Part shown: one piece after another, positions 62,847 through 64,000 of the stretch
How the letters are laid out: each line of letters opens with the position of its first letter
Numbering within the stretch: position 1 is the first letter of the stretch
Notes under the pieces: model-generated
Told to the model about the DNA's origin: nothing
The model's database searches: none
What the model saw: the letters and a program-made list of their open reading frames with translations, nothing else
Position numbers and translations under genes: made by a program
Assembly: GCA_037969565.1 (NCBI GenBank)
Contig: JBBKXQ010000015.1
Span: forward strand, 40,088-104,087
From: Acidimicrobiales bacterium
Lineage (GTDB): Bacteria > Actinomycetota > Acidimicrobiia > Acidimicrobiales > SZUA-35
Reading direction: 5' to 3'
Length of the DNA stretch: 64,000 nt

Positions 62847-64000
62847 TCAATCGAGGGCGATGCGGGCAACTTCGGCGAGGTCGCCTCGCCCCTCTTCACC
62901 CGGAGTTGCGTGCTCGATGACGAGTTCCACTCGGTTACCGCCGTAGATCAACTCGGCCATGTTGTTGGCAAAAAACGGGCCTACCACCATCTCGGCCCCG
63001 GGCCTGGTTTCGGGCGCCCGGCACGAGCGGCGAAGTGCAGCCCCGATCCGACGACCGAACGCTGAAATCGAGAAGCGAATCACACCTCGCTCCGGGGGGA
63101 CGAGTGCGTTTCGAATCGGCGAACTGACGACCTGCCACACCTTTCCCGAATCGAGATCGATTCGGCTGGCATAACTGAAGTGGATGTCGCCGGATGCCAC
63201 GACGATCGAAAGAGGCGAAGAGTCAGCAGCCAAGAGCTCCTCCATCAGGTCGACGAACAGCCCGTACGAGATCCCGAATGCGGACCAGTCCTCGAGGTCC
63301 AACGCCCGCCGGATCCGCTCGCCCAATCTGGCGAATCGAGATCCCCAAGCCCCATCACAAACTCGTTCACTCCAAACCTGCAGATCGTGGAGCCCGTCAG
63401 CCACGAAGACCGGTAGGGACGTGGCCAATACCAGATGGCCTTCGGCACTCCTGGCTTGATCGCAGATCCATTCCCATTCGTCGACATCGAGCATCCGCCG
63501 CTTCCCGCGCTCCAACACCCGGCCATTACGGCAGTCGATTGATACGACCGTGACACCATCGACATGACGAGTGAAGCTGAAGCGGTACCCGCCGGGAACC
63601 GGGGTGAATTCTTCGGACCGCTCAGCCCAACTGCGAAGGATCTCCGTTCCATCATCGACTTGCTCGAGACGTTCGAGCAGACCTTCGCTTCTCAGCCGGT
63701 CGGGCGAAAGATTCCCGATGTGTTGGTAGACCCAGTAGGACATGATCCCGCCAACGGCGTGCTCGGCCCACCACGACTCCTGGCGGGTATCGCTGACCCA
63801 TGATTCGGAGATGTTCCAATCATCGATCATGTCGTGATCGTCGAAGATCATTGCGCTCGGGGTCACCGACAAGAGCCATCGTTCGATGGGCGGCGACCAC
63901 GCCTCGTGGTAGAGCCAGCAGTATTCCTCGTAACCACCGACAATTTCCGGCTCGAGATCGTCGCCGTTCGCCTCACGACGTTTCTCGATCCGTCGCTTCG
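62847..64000 (-). CDS. PhoD-like metallophosphatase (alkaline phosphatase D family), N-terminus beyond the window end
   Basis: My own translation shows the frame stays open upstream of the track ORF start to the window edge (..YEEYCWLYHEAWSPPIERWLLSVTPSAMIFDDHDMIDDWN..). DDHD..DDW is a calcineurin-like/PhoD motif. Confidence 0.75.
   Translation of the reverse strand, partial: KRRIEKRREANGDDLEPEIVGGYEEYCWLYHEAWSPPIERWLLSVTPSAMIFDDHDMIDDWNISESWVSDTRQESWWAEHAVGGIMSYWVYQHIGNLSPDRLRSEGLLERLEQVDDGTEILRSWAERSEEFTPVPGGYRFSFTRHVDGVTVVSIDCRNGRVLERGKRRMLDVDEWEWICDQARSAEGHLVLATSLPVFVADGLHDLQVWSERVCDGAWGSRFARLGERIRRALDLEDWSAFGISYGLFVDLMEELLAADSSPLSIVVASGDIHFSYASRIDLDSGKVWQVVSSPIRNALVPPERGVIRFSISAFGRRIGAALRRSCRAPETRPGAEMVVGPFFANNMAELIYGGNRVELVIEHATPGEEGRGDLAEVARIALD

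Overview
This is a high-GC, gene-dense chromosomal segment that looks actinobacterial. That attribution is inference from Tat and lipobox signal peptides, a SARP regulator, an Rpf-like transglycosylase, an RskA-type anti-sigma factor, frequent GTG/TTG starts and many ATGA/GTGA-coupled operons. I saw no rRNA, CRISPR array, transposase, integrase or phage genes. I call about 70 CDS, 4 tRNAs, several strong hairpin terminators and four short tandem-repeat loci. Many long ORFs in the supplied track are antisense or out-of-frame artefacts of high GC, and several true genes start at internal codons of track ORFs. Layout: (1) 1-2.3 kb, a histidine kinase cut by the window edge plus a USP-like/receiver hybrid. 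(2) 2.5-7.6 kb, a secreted protein, a SARP regulator and a branched-chain 2-oxoacid dehydrogenase E1a/E1b/E2 operon. (3) 7.6-26.3 kb, mixed housekeeping and accessory genes: tRNA-Gly, FKBP, geranylgeranyl reductase, PH-domain membrane pair, DtxR/VIT metal module, orphan CoxL-like Mo-enzyme, and a fused adenylation-carrier-AT3 membrane acyltransferase. (4) 26.4-37.8 kb, a polyamine/guanidino-compound uptake and catabolism island: Lrp regulator, C45 Ntn-hydrolase, GNAT, potABCD, agmatinase-family enzyme, two FAD oxidases and an aminotransferase. (5) 38-42.6 kb, M20 peptidase, DUF4214-Rpf protein with a long leader, and a tRNA-Arg/His/Lys cluster. (6) 42.6-64 kb, a stress-oriented neighbourhood: HDOD, SRPBCC, CsbD, a RimK/M14-like/RimB triad, CorA, an eRF1-like protein, an RsbU/V/W-type partner-switching set without a sigma factor, a PRC-barrel/MscS operon behind an orphan RskA-like anti-sigma, a PPK2/lipid-kinase/PAP2 operon, and PhoD. 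The most interesting candidates are the single-chain A-PCP-AT3 enzyme, the acyl-polyamine-like catabolic island, the RimK triad with a TrkA-C sensor domain, the polyP/lipid-phosphate operon and the sigma-less regulatory modules. All family calls rest on motifs read by eye; no database search was run.
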